Origin: Seison nebaliae | Taxonomy: Eukaryota | Length of the DNA: 61,308 nucleotides | NCBI GenBank assembly: GCA_023231475.1 | Contig: JALJEE010002077.1 | Location: forward strand, 1 to 61,308 | Direction of reading: 5' to 3' | Shown here: piece by piece, positions 11,995-24,999 of the stretch | How the letters are laid out: every line of letters begins with the position of its first letter | How positions within the stretch are numbered: the first letter of the stretch is position 1 | The notes under the pieces: model-generated | Told to the model about the DNA's origin: nothing | Seen by the model: the letters and a program-made list of their open reading frames with translations, nothing else | Databases searched by the model: none | Program-made: the position numbers and the translations under genes

Positions 11995-13398
11995 TTAGTT
12001 TTGATAATTGAATAAATTCTGGAATGAATTATAATCGATCGTATTGAATTGATTAATTAAATTTTTGTCGGAGGGAGATGAATCGGTCGATTGAATTCCA
12101 CTGCTTTCCGATGAATAACTGATGTTTTGTGGAGTGTTGAATTGATAATAATTCATTAATGGAACTTGAGAGATTGGTGATGATGAATCTGATTGTTTAG
12201 TTAGTTTCAAATATTTGTTCGATAATTGATCATAGATAATTCCTTCGTCAGTTGATTGATCATTCTCTTCTTCGTCAAGTTTCCTCTTCCGTTTCGGTGT
12301 TATATTCTCTTTGTTAATTTGACGAATTGCTTCATCCACCATTTTAATTTGTTGACTACTATTCATCTGGATTTGTGGCGGTTGGGGAACAGTGGACGAT
12401 GATGATGTCATTGGAGCAGACGATAATCGTTGAGATTGGGGAGGTTGTTCACCAAAAGATTGGACGTTTATCTGATTCAATAACTGTTGAGCTGTTAACA
12501 TTTCCAAATATTGATTATTGTTATTGTTGTCGTTAGAAATTGGGAAATTATTAAAATTTGATTGATTTCCGTTATTTCCTTGAGATTTTCCGTCATTCGC
12601 TATTGCTTGTTGAGAGAAGAAAGCGACATTCAATAACGAAGAAAGTTGTTGTTGTTGTGCTTGTTGTTGATGGAGAAAAAGGTTTTGTTGTTGAGATTGT
12701 TCCACATTATACTTTCGAATTTTCGCTTTAAAATGACGTCGATTAATTCGTTTTTCCGCAAAATCTTCATAAACAGCCGGATGGATCGACCAAAAGTTAC
12801 CCTTCCCATTACAACCTTTTCCCGCTTTGATGAAACATTCGTTGAGTGATAAATTATGTCGAACCGAATTCCTCCAAGCAATATTTTTGCATTTTGCGAA
12901 ATATGAATAAGTCGTTTCTAAAAATCCATAAATCTCATATAATTGAAGACATTTCGTTTTTGATGCAATGATCGCTTCAGTAATCAATTCCAAGAAAGAT
13001 TTTGCTGGTTTCTTATCCACATCCATTTCTGCCACATCTGCCGATACTGATTCTTCTTCATTAGTTGATGGTTGTTGTTGTTGTTGTTGCTGCTGCTGCT
13101 GCTGTTGTTGTTGTTGTTGTTGCTGATGTGGTTGTTGCTGTTGTTGAAAATCACTGATTGATTTAGATAATTCTCGTTTGATATTTAACGGTCCGCTATT
13201 GTTTGTACTTGATAAATTATTGATCAAATTGGTATTTGTTTGTAAAACATTATCAGCAGTATTGGAATTGTGAGGAGAATTATTCGGTTGTTGGACAACA
13301 TTCTGATCAGTGTCACTAATCAATGAATTTTGATAGTACCAAAGATAAGTATTCATCAATTGTTCGTACTGTTCTCTTTCTGATTGAGATTGTGTCAT
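11995..13398 (-). CDS. FoxQ2: Forkhead transcription factor, FoxQ2 class
   Basis: Forkhead domain KPAKSFLELI...WRNSVRHNLSLNECFIKAG...NGKGNFWSIHP carries the FoxQ2 signature. Intronless, with Q/N-rich flanks. Confidence 0.85.
   Translation of the reverse strand: MTQSQSEREQYEQLMNTYLWYYQNSLISDTDQNVVQQPNNSPHNSNTADNVLQTNTNLINNLSSTNNSGPLNIKRELSKSISDFQQQQQPHQQQQQQQQQQQQQQQQQQPSTNEEESVSADVAEMDVDKKPAKSFLELITEAIIASKTKCLQLYEIYGFLETTYSYFAKCKNIAWRNSVRHNLSLNECFIKAGKGCNGKGNFWSIHPAVYEDFAEKRINRRHFKAKIRKYNVEQSQQQNLFLHQQQAQQQQLSSLLNVAFFSQQAIANDGKSQGNNGNQSNFNNFPISNDNNNNNQYLEMLTAQQLLNQINVQSFGEQPPQSQRLSSAPMTSSSSTVPQPPQIQMNSSQQIKMVDEAIRQINKENITPKRKRKLDEEENDQSTDEGIIYDQLSNKYLKLTKQSDSSSPISQVPLMNYYQFNTPQNISYSSESSGIQSTDSSPSDKNLINQFNTIDYNSFQNLFNYQN
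13072..13146 (-). repeat. Coding CAA/CAG poly-glutamine tract in FoxQ2
   Basis: (ttg)n/(ctg)n on the + strand, encoding QQQQQPHQ-rich runs. Confidence 0.9.
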
Positions 13399-13899
13399 CT
13401 TTTCAATGAGACTATTTGACGAAGATGGAAAGAATAAGATAATTGTTTAAAACTGAAATGTAATAAGATTTCTAAGAGAATGAATAATGAAAATAGAAGG
13501 AAAAGTTTAATTAATTTATATATGGAAAAATCCATATAATTATGGCTGACGACAAACGATTGACATGATTTGGTGGACGTAGTCAGTGAATGAGGATTTC
13601 CAAATTATCTTGTCACTTAATCTTATTGCTTTATCGAACTTAATTAAATTTCATTAAAATCCATCTTAACATCCATTCACCAAATAGTGAACATTCTAAT
13701 TTGACCAATTATATTGAATGATAAGTTGGAAATACTCTCGACTAAAAGTGACTAAATGGAAAGTGAGAGTGACTAGAAATTCCGAGATTTTCTGAAAATG
13801 TTAAAAGTAATTTTGGAATAGGTAAATTTAATCAAATTTCTCTAAAGATCCTACTCTCCTAATATACTCAAGAACTAATTTGCCTATTCTCATTCTTAA

Positions 13900-14900
13900 G
13901 CAGATAATTGTTGTAGCTCCAGCCAATTAGTAACATCAAGACATCGACTTTCCGCTGCTAATCCGTTCAAGATTATAGTCAACATCAATGCCCACTGCCA
14001 TATGATGACTCTAACACATTCCCTCCTCTAATTCCGTGAAATACCAAGTTCGGCGAATTATTCTAATTGGATCAACATCGGTATCTGATCCTTCTAATAT
14101 TTGTTGTGCAACATAAGCAAATATCTGTGTAGTGCACAGGCATACCTCAAATTCTTATAAACAATATTTAATTTGTTTTTCCATCATTCCTCATATTTCA
14201 ATTATTTCATCGTGAGAAATAGAAATATACTTCTCGTTAACGGATATTTGGGAAATATCAAAAAAATCAACATTTTATTTTCTTCTTCTCATTTTTATCT
14301 ATAGTTCCCAATATCTATAAATGTCATTGAATGTGAGCAATCATCTTAGGCCTCATTGAATCGAGTAGGCACTTAACATTTACTCTTCCTTGTGGGATTG
14401 GTGGTGTTGAATTGTGTTCGAATTATCATCAGATTAAGATGATTAAACCGGTATTTGAATAATTCGATAAAGTTTTCCTCCCACAAAATTCACCTTTCTT
14501 TTTCGGAAGACGAAAACCTAATTTTCCACAAATTACTGACAATCAATGGCGACAACTTTAATCGTTGATAGAAAAGACGTATAACTTTCGAAATGGAAAC
14601 AAACCTAATTGGTAAACACAATCTAAAACATCAACTTTAATCCATTATGCCGATAAATAATTAAGTTCAAAACAATACAAGAAGGCATGCCGATGTTTTT
14701 TATGTTCTGATTCTTTACTAAAATTATACATTTCTTTTGCCGCTTTTCTTCTCGATATTCTCGCAAAATCGGTAATTTAAACAATTTTTATCAACTCCAA
14801 TTTCAATTATATTATGGCTCTCTAATCGATAAGAGCGTCATTCGTTGTAATGTATTAGATGGTGTTCAGACATCAAATTTCTGAAAGTCGAGCAACATGT
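13900..14900 (-). mobile_element. Heavily decayed Ty3/Gypsy pol (RT/RNase H) relic
   Basis: Broken fragments in the expected order: RHNGL, CLPIRFV (LPFG-like), FRLPKKKGEF (KCEF-like) and WQWALML (RWAL-like). Many stops and frameshifts. Confidence 0.3.
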
Positions 14901-15087
14901 TTATGGTAGAGTATATTTCATCTTTCCAATAGTTTCATCACATCCTTCTACAATCTAACCTCTAACAATCATAACATTAAATGTAACACTTTTTGAATAA
15001 CTCCTTAATTAGTTTCCAGAATGACATAATATTAATATAAAGAAAATCAACAAAAACTGAAAATATTCATGTTGGAAGTTTCAAAAA

Positions 15088-15178
15088 GAAAAATAATTTC
15101 TTGATTGTAATTTTAAAAAAAAAATAATTTCTTGATTGTAATTTAAAAAAAAAAAGAATTTCTTAATTAAAATTTTAA
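15088..15178. repeat. Imperfect ~32 bp tandem repeat, about 3 copies
   Basis: aaaataatttcttgattgtaattt occurs twice, followed by a degenerate third copy. Confidence 0.7.
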
Positions 15179-15678
15179 TAAAATAGTTAAAATTATTCAG
15201 AATTTCCCTAACTAGAATTCGTGTTTTCTATATATATTTTTTAAAATAGTTTTGTCCCATATGTGAATTAATGACGAATAACTGAAAATAATAAATTAAA
15301 GTTTGCTACGAAGTTTCGGATTGTTTATTGACGATAATGTTCATTTAATAACATCAAATAATTGAGGTAGAAACATGTTTGATTCGTTGTTATTATGTGT
15401 TTATTTTAAAGTGGTCAGTGATGCCATCAAATTCCATCAAAAGAAAGTGATGATAAAATCACTTATATTCATGAGACGAAAGAAATTAATGAAACGAAAA
15501 TTGTGTTGCAGACATAATAAGGGAAGTTTGAGGGAGGTGATAAGTTAATCATGTTCGAATGAATCGCTCACCGATTAATTTGTTCATTTGTGAATGAATT
15601 AAATAATTTATTTTCCATTATTCAAAACTTTCAATTTTGTTATTTTTATTCCTTTAAAATTTCATTTGAACCACAAAC

Positions 15679-18600
15679 ATGGATGTTTATTGTTGGGGCA
15701 GTAATTCGGATTATCAATTAGGATTGGGTGGTGTTGAAGAAATGAAAATTAAACAACCGACACTCAACGATTTTCTCGCTAATATTATGAATGTTCATTC
15801 GATAATATTGAAGTCCATATGTTGTGGTAGTAAACATTCCATGTTCTTATTTGACGACGGATCAGTATATACATGTGGATCGAATGAATATGGTCAATTA
15901 GGTCGTGATGGTCCGTCGTCTAAACCTTGTTCGCTTTTTTCTTTCGTTAATTTATTGAAATTTGCTTTTATTTTGAAGTTATCGTTTCTGGATTTATTGA
16001 ACCATTTTTAAAAGAGAAAAATGGAAAACCACCATTCATCAAACAGATAGCTGCATCGAAATATGGATCATTTGCACTCACATATAATGGTTGCATATTC
16101 CAATGGGGATCATTAGATACTTATCGTAGTGGAGAGAATCATCATCAACAAATTCCTACGTTCATTTTTATTCGATTTTTTTTTTTTTTTGATTTGATTT
16201 TTTTTTTCAGTTTACTTTGTGGCCATTCTCAATGGAATGAGAACAACGCACAAACAACAACAACAACATCAAACGATAAGGAGAAGAATGGAATGATGAC
16301 AAAAGATATTATGATTTCTATTAGTCATTTGAGTGCTGGTGATGCTCATCTGATATGTTTGAGTGATAATGGTAAATTATATGGAATGGGATCGAATTCA
16401 CACGGACAATTAGGTACTGGTGACACGAAGAATCGAGAGATTTGTACTCCAATCGAATCCTTATCATTATTGCCGATTGAAATGATTGCATGTGGTGCTC
16501 GTCATTCGATGATATTAACAACTTCTGGAAAAGTTTTCGCTTTCGGTTCCAATCAACATGGTCAATTGGGAATCGGTAATTGTGAAGATAAAATTTGGCC
16601 TATCAAAGTCAAATCGTTAGAGAAAGAGATTATCATAAAAATCGAATGTGGCGCTACTCATAGTATGGCTCTCAATCGTAATGGAGAATTGTTCACTTTC
16701 GGTTATGGAGCTGATGGTATTTTGGGTCATGGTAATACTCACAGTTCTCAATTACCTCAAATGATAAAGAATAAATATGAAATTGTGGATTGTGTTGGTG
16801 GGAATCTCCATTCAGCATTTGTTGCCAAACGAAAGAATGATATTGAACTTTATGTTGTTGGTTCGAATGAGAATGGCCAATTGGGTCTCGGTAGTGATCA
16901 TACGAATCGTTTAAATTTCAGAATTTAATGAAAATTTTTAAATTCTTTTTCTTCTTCTTTCTAATTAGCCACTAGGAAAGAAGAGAAACATCCAAAAGTT
17001 TTGTTCAGTAATCGTAGAGAAGAATTTATGAGAAGTGAAAGTGTGATCGGATTTCGTCAGGAGAAACGTCTACGAAGTTCCAAACCTGGTTCATTTATCT
17101 GGCGAATATTCTCAGCATTCCATCAGTCATTCCTTGTGATGACTAAACAATATTCTTTATATAACGCCATTGATGAATTGAAAGTGTATGTGAATTTGAT
17201 TGATGAGAAATTAATAAAGAAATTTGTGAAATCGAAAGAAATTGACAATTTCGCCTTGATCTTCTCCTCTGTCGAATGTATCAACAATAGTTTTCTGGAG
17301 AAGTTTTCCTTTTTCCTTCTTTCTATTGATATATCTTATTGTTGTTGTTAGACGAATCGATAGGAAACCGATCACTAAACTTAATCATGGAATTGATCTA
17401 CAATTAGCGGAAAGATTAACATTCCTTCTCGTTGATTGTGATAATGATAAATTGAATGAAGTTTCTTCTAATAAAATATTTCTATTTAATTTCTATCTTC
17501 TCGTGACAGTTATCAGCTTGGTTGACGAAAGCATGCAATAATATATCATCATCTCCACCTGATTTGGAAGCATTACGAATATTTCTCATCTTACCATTAT
17601 TTCCAGTGATGTCAGATGGAAGTCGAGCGAATATTCTCCATCAATCCTTTGCCACAACATTCTCTCAACTCAACGAAAATGCGTTACGAATCATTCGATA
17701 TTGGTATGGAATGTTGGAACCAATTTATTATACGAAAATTATCTCACAATTCAAAAATGCCATTGTCTATATGTTGAATGCGAGGAAACCACCAGCACGA
17801 TATCCACAATCAGTCGTTCAAAAGACATTAGTGAAATGTCTTTCTCTTCTGAAAATTATTTATGAGATTAATCAGGAGACGAAATTAGTCTCTTATGACA
17901 CGTTCTACATATCGGAATTGAAGGATCTCATCAACGTTCCGGAAGATTATGGAAATTGGCTCAATTCCATCAAAATGAACGAGAATATTTTCAGTTTTTG
18001 TCAATTCTCTTTCGTATTCGATGCTGCACATAAATCATTAATAATTCAAGGTGATGCTCATATTCAAATGCATAACATGATCGGACAAGCCATTATTCGA
18101 AGTCCCAATTACATTGAAGCAGAACAAGCTTTTCTCATTCTCTATGTGAGTCGAGAGAATATCGTACAGGATACAATTACTCAATTGGCGAAACATCCGG
18201 CAGAGAATTTGAAGAAACCGTTACATGTAGCTTTTCGAGGAGAAGAAGCATTTGATGCAGGGGGTGTTCGAAAAGAATTCTTCCTTTTATTGATGCAAGA
18301 TCTCGTCGATCCCAAATATGGAATGTTCCATTGTTTAGAGAAGAATCATTGTTTATGGTTCATTGATGTGACATTCGAGACATCGGCCATGTTCGAACTC
18401 ATCGGAACAACATGTGGATTGGCAATTTATAATTCGATGATTATTCATTTACCATTTCCTTTAGCACTTTATAAGAAGTTGTTGAAGAAATCGATAATTT
18501 TGAAAGATATCAAAGATTTGTCAACTACTCTTTATTCCAGTTTCAATCATATTCTCAATTACGATAATAAGAACGATGATTTTGTGGATGTGCTCAATTT

Positions 18601-19309
18601 GACATATGAAGTCGTCCGTGAACGATTTGGTGCCATAGAAACGATATCGTTGATTGATGGGAAAGGATCAACGACTAATAGTCAACGAGATGTAAAATAT
18701 GAAGATCGACAAGAATATATTGATCTATATATCGATTATCTCTTCAATAAATCAGTAAAGGAGAATTATGAAGCATTCGAACGTGGATTCAAAAGAGTTT
18801 GTTCGGCCGATCATATTCTCAATTTATTTCAACCAAATGAATTGATGAGTCTCGTTGTTGGTAACGAGAATTTCGATTGGAAACTATTCGAGAAATGTTG
18901 TGAATATGATGGCGGTTATACGGAACAGTCGACAACAATCATTCATTTCTGGAATGTTTTCCGATCATTAACCTTAGCAGAAAAGAAGAATTTCCTTCGT
19001 TCATTTTTCCTTTCTCAAATGTTAAAGTTCCAATTTCGTTTTACCTTTCAGTTTTCCTTACAGGCAGTGATCGATTACCAATTTATGGAATGAAAAATTA
19101 TAAGGTTCCGAAATTTGTTCTTAATGATTTTTTATTACAAAATTCATTTATAGATAAAAATCATGAAAACTGGAACATCTGATGATCATTTGCCAGTTGC
19201 ACATACTTGTGTCAATCAACTCGATCTTCCAGACTATGAAACAGAAGAGAAATTAAAGAACAAATTATTGACAGCAATTTCATATCATCAAGGATTCGCT
19301 CTGGTCTAA
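15679..19309 (+). CDS. HERC4: Small HERC E3 ubiquitin ligase (RCC1-like repeats plus HECT); 7 introns: 15929-15978, 16160-16210, 16909-16968, 17303-17351, 17461-17509, 18999-19051, 19105-19153
   Basis: RCC1 repeats ([30 protein letters not shown]) and HECT motifs [24 protein letters not shown] and catalytic [14 protein letters not shown]. Ends QGFALV*. Confidence 0.9.
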
Positions 19310-19542
19310 TTACCGTTCAAATTTTGGTTTCTATTCAAAATTTGAAGGTTTTTCAGAGGTATTTATTCAATTAATGATTTAAAAAGAAGAGAATCGTCAC
19401 GAAAATTTTATTTTTCTTATTTTATTGGATAGGATGTTTGAAATAAATTAAATAAAATATGTGAATAGAGACTGTGAAGGATCGAATAAATTCATATAGT
19501 TCAATGAGAAAAATGAGTTGAGGGGGAAAGACAAGAAATAAT

Positions 19543-22500
19543 TTACATATTGAAAATTTCTTTTGTGGCAAATCGGAGGAGTGTCTCCGTCACGAGAATA
19601 GCTTTATTCCTCAAAGAAATGCAATCATCTGACTCGAAATAAAATCGATTATTATCATCTTTATAGAGTAGTTGATGGTAGACAGAAAGTGAATCGAATT
19701 CATTAATTTCCTTCGATTCGAACGTGGATGTTTGGAGAATGAATGTTCGTAAATAATGAATGTTGATATCGGTTGGAGGTCGTAAGATAATCCAATGGAT
19801 TTGCTCACAGAATAAACGCATAAGAATCGAATTATCGTTAAAATGGATTTTGATGAGTCGTTGGAATAACTCGCAGAAACGACATAAAATTAATCGATCG
19901 ATAATTTGAAAGTGGAAAAAACTTTTGAAAATTCGACAAAGTTTTTTATAAAATTCTTTCGTCGGTTTATTGTCGTTTTGAATTTGTTGTAAGAGATTGA
20001 AGTAGTAGATGGATGGTATGATGGGGAGAGCAATGGAAGAGAAATATTGAATTGTTATTCCAATGATCTCCCATCTCATGACATTAATATCTCCCACTAA
20101 CTCGATTTCATGATTGAGAAAAGTTAGAAGATCATCATGATGATTCTTGTCGATTTCGAAGGAATGGTAAAGAGCTAAACGATTCATTTCAATTAAGAAA
20201 CGACGGATACGTCGATTTGGTTGGAATCGTTGAGATTGGAAGTGTTTGAAATTTTCGATAAGTTTCATTTGAAATGTGAGAGTGAAATGGAAAGGATGAT
20301 TCGCATACAAATAATTGATACATTGTTCGAAGAATGTTAATTGATAAGGGAGATGTGCAGATTTATCATTATCTTCGATATGAAATCGATAGATTGAATA
20401 GTGAAATAAATATTTGGATGATATTCGATGAATCTCGTCAGCTATTTGATTCATTCGATCATCTAATTTATCTTCATCTTCTTCTTTTATTTTTTCCTCT
20501 TTAGAGACATTTGGATAATGATCAATATTCTTCAAATCCATATCAGCTGGAAGATATGGTGAATGATTAAATATTTGTTTGAAGGATGTGCAGGAATAGA
20601 ATGAGAGAATATTCCCAATGAGATACGATTGAAGAACATCGACATAAATGTTGAGATTCTGTTGTTGAATCGTTTCATCACTATCATCTAAGGTACAAGC
20701 AAGAAGTGTTATTGATGTCTGATGAACGGACGATAATAAAGGTGAATATTGTTCACTCATCAAATGATATTCTTTCATTTCTCTCGTTCGATGATCGATC
20801 ATATATGAGAGATTTGGATATAATCGATCTTCGTGAGAAACTTGACTCCGAAGTTCTTTCTCTTTTTTCTCTTTCTTTGGCACTAAATGATTATTATGTC
20901 GATGTTTCAACAATCGATAATTATAATGAGAATGAGATAAAGAATGGAAGGATAATTCATTAAAAATGATTTGAATCTTCAATTCTGTTCTTTGTGATGG
21001 TAAGACATCGAAGAAAGCTTTCTTCACATCAATATCTTTTCCGTCCACTTTGAATTTAAGATATAAAGGAAATTTGTTAAAATTTAAAATATCTTCAGGT
21101 AAAACTCCTAATGTTTGAACATATTGTTTAATGTCTTTCAAAATTGATTTTCTCGTAAGTCTCATCGGTTCAACTAAATTCAATAGATTCCTAATCAATG
21201 ACGCTCCCATCGATAAAATATATATTCGAATAGGACTACTGAATGATGTGTTATGAACTTCGATATTTCGTTCGAATAACCGATATGGAGTAACATTTGA
21301 GAAACAGATGTTGGAAGTGGATAGATGAAATAAATCATTCTCTTTCTCTAATTGATATTGAGAGAAGATTAAATCATATCCTAATGCATCGACATCGCGA
21401 AATCGACAAGAATAATATCCGAATATCGGTTTATGATCACTCTGTCTCACATTCATCGCATTCTCATATAAGAGACAACGAATCAAATCATTACGATGTC
21501 TAGTGTCATAAGAATATTGATGAAAATCGATTGATCGATAAAGAATTCGATCAGTCCATGATGGTGTTCTCTTCTTTTCACTACTATCCCAATGATCGGT
21601 ATGATTGTCAAATTTGTATGTTGGTAGAAAATCGATATAAGACTCTTGAAACGGTTTCGAAAAGACCATTTCATTTTGACGTTCCCGAATCAATTGATCA
21701 TAATTCTTTAACAAGAAATGATAATTTTCTTTCCATTTCAATTTCTCTTTAATATCATCAATCATCAAATTTGGTGATGACAATTTCCCATCTAATCGAT
21801 AATTCAAATCACCAAATACAAATAATCGTTCGTGTTGTAATGCACTTCTGGAAGCGGAATGATTTCGTTGGAAATTAATCCAAGCGAAAATCGACCGATA
21901 ATCCATTTGTCTTCGTCTCAAATTTTCAAGATGAGCAGCAAAATGAACACAAACGAAACAGAAGGAAGTGAGACAAACATCGAAACGAATTGCTATCGCA
22001 CCTTTATTTCCATAACAATGTTTACCCGTTCCCAAATAGTCGGTGGAGAGATCATTGATAAATGGTTTCAATCGTTCACGAACATATATTACTTCCATTA
22101 AACCAACTTTTCTGATATGAATCAATTTAACGAATCGATAACCGGAATGAGAATAACGGAATAAATCCTCCAAAATATTCAACCAAGATAATTCTTGAAG
22201 AACTGTAGTGCGAACAGAAGATAATGGAGACATATCGATTTCTTGGAAACCGATGACAATAATATCTGGCATCATTGTTGTGTTGCCTTCTGGTGATTTA
22301 TGAAGGAAAGTGAACCATGAATATAATTCATTAATATTTGGAGCTTTTTGTTCGTTCACATTATACGTTCCAATAAACAAAAGTAATTCACTTTCGATCA
22401 TATAAAATGATTGTCGTTCTAATAAATATTGTTCGATCGCTTTCAAATCAATTTCTGTCAATTGTTGAGGTTTTGGTGAATCGATGGATCGAGTTGGTGA

Positions 22501-24483
22501 TGTTGATGAGGTGCTATCAAAATAATCATTCGTATTTCCACAAACCTGTCTCAATTGATAAGTGGAGAAGGAATTCATCGGATTCTTATAAATCGTTTTT
22601 TTCCGATCTGGTATTTTAGGTGAACGAGTTTGAAACTTCAATCTTTCTCGTTGTGATTTTGATGAGAATTGTTGAATTGCCGTACAAAACGAACAATAGA
22701 TGAGATCATTTAAAGTATAATAAAATTCTCCAAAGAATTTCTGAAATAATTGATAATTCATTAGAATGGATTTAGTCGTCAATTGACATTTCAATTCGTT
22801 GAGATCAACTTCATTTTTTATAGTTTTCTCAATTTCAATTTTCTCTTCTTGTTTATTCACTTTCTCAATATTCTCATTTGGTGATAATTTTGAATAAGTC
22901 GAATTGAATGCACGATGCATCTTCTCTTCAAATTGACGACGACGTCGTCGAATACCTTCTCGTTTCAATTGATTCATTTCATCCAAATATGAAACTTTCT
23001 CCGATGACGAACAAGATGATGCGAGTGATGATGTTGTAGATGAGGATTGTAATTGCTCTAATTCTAATCGTTTCCAAATAAATTTTGAACATGATTCAAT
23101 ATCAACGATTGGATCATGCATCTTCTTATAATTCGATAACCAGAAAGTATCGATATTATTTAATGAATATGAATCATCATCCTCCTCATCATTCCCATGA
23201 TCATTCTCTAAATTCATATCATTAGGACTTTCATGCATGTTATTCCCACCATTCACCATTCGACTATTATTCTGATTTTCATGAATATTTTGTGATAAGA
23301 AAAGATAAGTTCGTTGGGGAATATGTTTCGAATTGAATTGAATATTCTTAAAAATCGAAATTAATTGATTGCAATCCTTCTGATGAATGATACCAAATAA
23401 ACCGCCAAGACGATCATGAATTATCTTTATGAACCTTAAACTATCACCTTTCTTTCCATTCATTAACGACAGTTCACTCAAATGTTTCTTGAAATCTTTT
23501 GATCGATTTGTTTCTTTTTGTTCTTTCAAATATTTCTTTGTCAAAACATCTCCGATCGTATAAGAGAATAATCGATCAATTGGTAAAGTTAATTCCAATT
23601 CATAAGTATTAATAGAATATTTATAAACGAAAATACCAGAATGTTTATTATCTTCATTCGTCACAATCGTCAACAATAACGATGTGATGGATGAAGATCG
23701 ACTAACGAGTTTGTGTAATCGTTTCAAATTGATCTTTCGTCTTTTATTCATCGTCACATTCTTCAATTTTTTCACTCGACAAAATTCATTATACTTTGTT
23801 GGAATTCTCATGGGAACTATATTCATCGATTTATTATAAATTATTTTCCATTTCTTTTCATTGGGAAAGGATAAATTTGAATTATTCTCTTTCACTTCTC
23901 TCATCTCTTCTTTCTTATTCATATTATTTATAAGATTATTATTACTATTAGTCGATTTCTTCAATTTCTTTTTAATTGATAAACTCGTTTTATTTTGTAA
24001 TTTCGAAATGAAATTATTCAAAATTTTCGGAGTTCTCATCGATCGTCGATGTGATGCTTTCTCTTCAATCGGTTTCTTTTCTTTCTCACTTTTTTCTTTT
24101 TTCTTCTTCTTCAACTTCAAATCACTTCTAGGAACGAGAAGTATTTGAATTGTCAATTCGAATGACAAATTATCACTGAGTTTTGGTAGTCGTCCTTTCT
24201 CCATCAATTTCGTCGGCGGAGATTTCACATCTTTCTCCGATGGAATATGTCGTATATCGTCCGTTTCTATATCGGAAATGATATCGAGATCAGATGAAAT
24301 GTCATCTTCATCATCATCATCGTCCTCAGTTTCGTCATCATCAAAATCTTCGAAATCTGTTTCATCATCTTCGAAAGACGATTCGTTATCATCATAATTT
24401 TCATATAATTCCTTCATCGATAATTGATCAGTTATCGATTCATCGACATTCAATGAATTGGTGGAGTTGTTTCTTGCGAACAT
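19543..24483 (-). CDS. OCRL/INPP5B-like inositol polyphosphate 5-phosphatase, intronless (1646 aa)
   Basis: 5-phosphatase motifs GTYNVN, GFQEID, GNKGAIAIRF, HFAAH, FGDLNYR, PTYKFD, PSWTDRILY and SDHKP, followed by ASH-like and degenerate RhoGAP-like regions. Confidence 0.85.
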   Translation of the reverse strand: MFARNNSTNSLNVDESITDQLSMKELYENYDDNESSFEDDETDFEDFDDDETEDDDDDEDDISSDLDIISDIETDDIRHIPSEKDVKSPPTKLMEKGRLPKLSDNLSFELTIQILLVPRSDLKLKKKKKEKSEKEKKPIEEKASHRRSMRTPKILNNFISKLQNKTSLSIKKKLKKSTNSNNNLINNMNKKEEMREVKENNSNLSFPNEKKWKIIYNKSMNIVPMRIPTKYNEFCRVKKLKNVTMNKRRKINLKRLHKLVSRSSSITSLLLTIVTNEDNKHSGIFVYKYSINTYELELTLPIDRLFSYTIGDVLTKKYLKEQKETNRSKDFKKHLSELSLMNGKKGDSLRFIKIIHDRLGGLFGIIHQKDCNQLISIFKNIQFNSKHIPQRTYLFLSQNIHENQNNSRMVNGGNNMHESPNDMNLENDHGNDEEDDDSYSLNNIDTFWLSNYKKMHDPIVDIESCSKFIWKRLELEQLQSSSTTSSLASSCSSSEKVSYLDEMNQLKREGIRRRRRQFEEKMHRAFNSTYSKLSPNENIEKVNKQEEKIEIEKTIKNEVDLNELKCQLTTKSILMNYQLFQKFFGEFYYTLNDLIYCSFCTAIQQFSSKSQRERLKFQTRSPKIPDRKKTIYKNPMNSFSTYQLRQVCGNTNDYFDSTSSTSPTRSIDSPKPQQLTEIDLKAIEQYLLERQSFYMIESELLLFIGTYNVNEQKAPNINELYSWFTFLHKSPEGNTTMMPDIIVIGFQEIDMSPLSSVRTTVLQELSWLNILEDLFRYSHSGYRFVKLIHIRKVGLMEVIYVRERLKPFINDLSTDYLGTGKHCYGNKGAIAIRFDVCLTSFCFVCVHFAAHLENLRRRQMDYRSIFAWINFQRNHSASRSALQHERLFVFGDLNYRLDGKLSSPNLMIDDIKEKLKWKENYHFLLKNYDQLIRERQNEMVFSKPFQESYIDFLPTYKFDNHTDHWDSSEKKRTPSWTDRILYRSIDFHQYSYDTRHRNDLIRCLLYENAMNVRQSDHKPIFGYYSCRFRDVDALGYDLIFSQYQLEKENDLFHLSTSNICFSNVTPYRLFERNIEVHNTSFSSPIRIYILSMGASLIRNLLNLVEPMRLTRKSILKDIKQYVQTLGVLPEDILNFNKFPLYLKFKVDGKDIDVKKAFFDVLPSQRTELKIQIIFNELSFHSLSHSHYNYRLLKHRHNNHLVPKKEKKEKELRSQVSHEDRLYPNLSYMIDHRTREMKEYHLMSEQYSPLLSSVHQTSITLLACTLDDSDETIQQQNLNIYVDVLQSYLIGNILSFYSCTSFKQIFNHSPYLPADMDLKNIDHYPNVSKEEKIKEEDEDKLDDRMNQIADEIHRISSKYLFHYSIYRFHIEDNDKSAHLPYQLTFFEQCINYLYANHPFHFTLTFQMKLIENFKHFQSQRFQPNRRIRRFLIEMNRLALYHSFEIDKNHHDDLLTFLNHEIELVGDINVMRWEIIGITIQYFSSIALPIIPSIYYFNLLQQIQNDNKPTKEFYKKLCRIFKSFFHFQIIDRLILCRFCELFQRLIKIHFNDNSILMRLFCEQIHWIILRPPTDINIHYLRTFILQTSTFESKEINEFDSLSVYHQLLYKDDNNRFYFESDDCISLRNKAILVTETLLRFATKEIFNM

Positions 24484-24999
24484 CTTCTGCTTCTTCCCAC
24501 TCCTTTATCCTCAAAATTCAAAATTGTTTTTCATTCTAAAAATTCAGGGAAATTTTATTTGGCAAAAAATATAAATTTTTTCTCTTTATTCGTGCATCTA
24601 TATATACGAGCTGTATGTATACATACAAGCACACATCCACTACAACTATTTGTACATGTAGACGAGTGTTTGAGAGGCGACGACCTATTATACGCAAATC
24701 TATTTATTAAGTCGATGTAATACAGTCAATATACATTCGAATATTAATAAAGAATTTCGATAAAAGAACTTCTTCCAAAATTTTAAAATTGGATATTTAA
24801 TATAATTCGCATTAGGATGAGATTAAGGAAAATTAAATGATTCGGATGTGTCATTAGTAATTTTAGAATCTAAGAAAGTTATATGAAACTTCAGATGGAA
24901 TTTCTCCTAATACCTTTTTCCCATTTTCTCTTTTTTTCAGTATAACAGACAGATAAACTTCAATTTTTCTCCTCACAATTTTTACTTATCAGAATTCTC

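Noticed and set aside
19611..24539. Antisense and alternative-frame ORFs overlapping the long genes (also within 7.9-10.4 kb and 35-38 kb)
   Set aside because: These are shadow ORFs of real coding sequence with no independent motifs.
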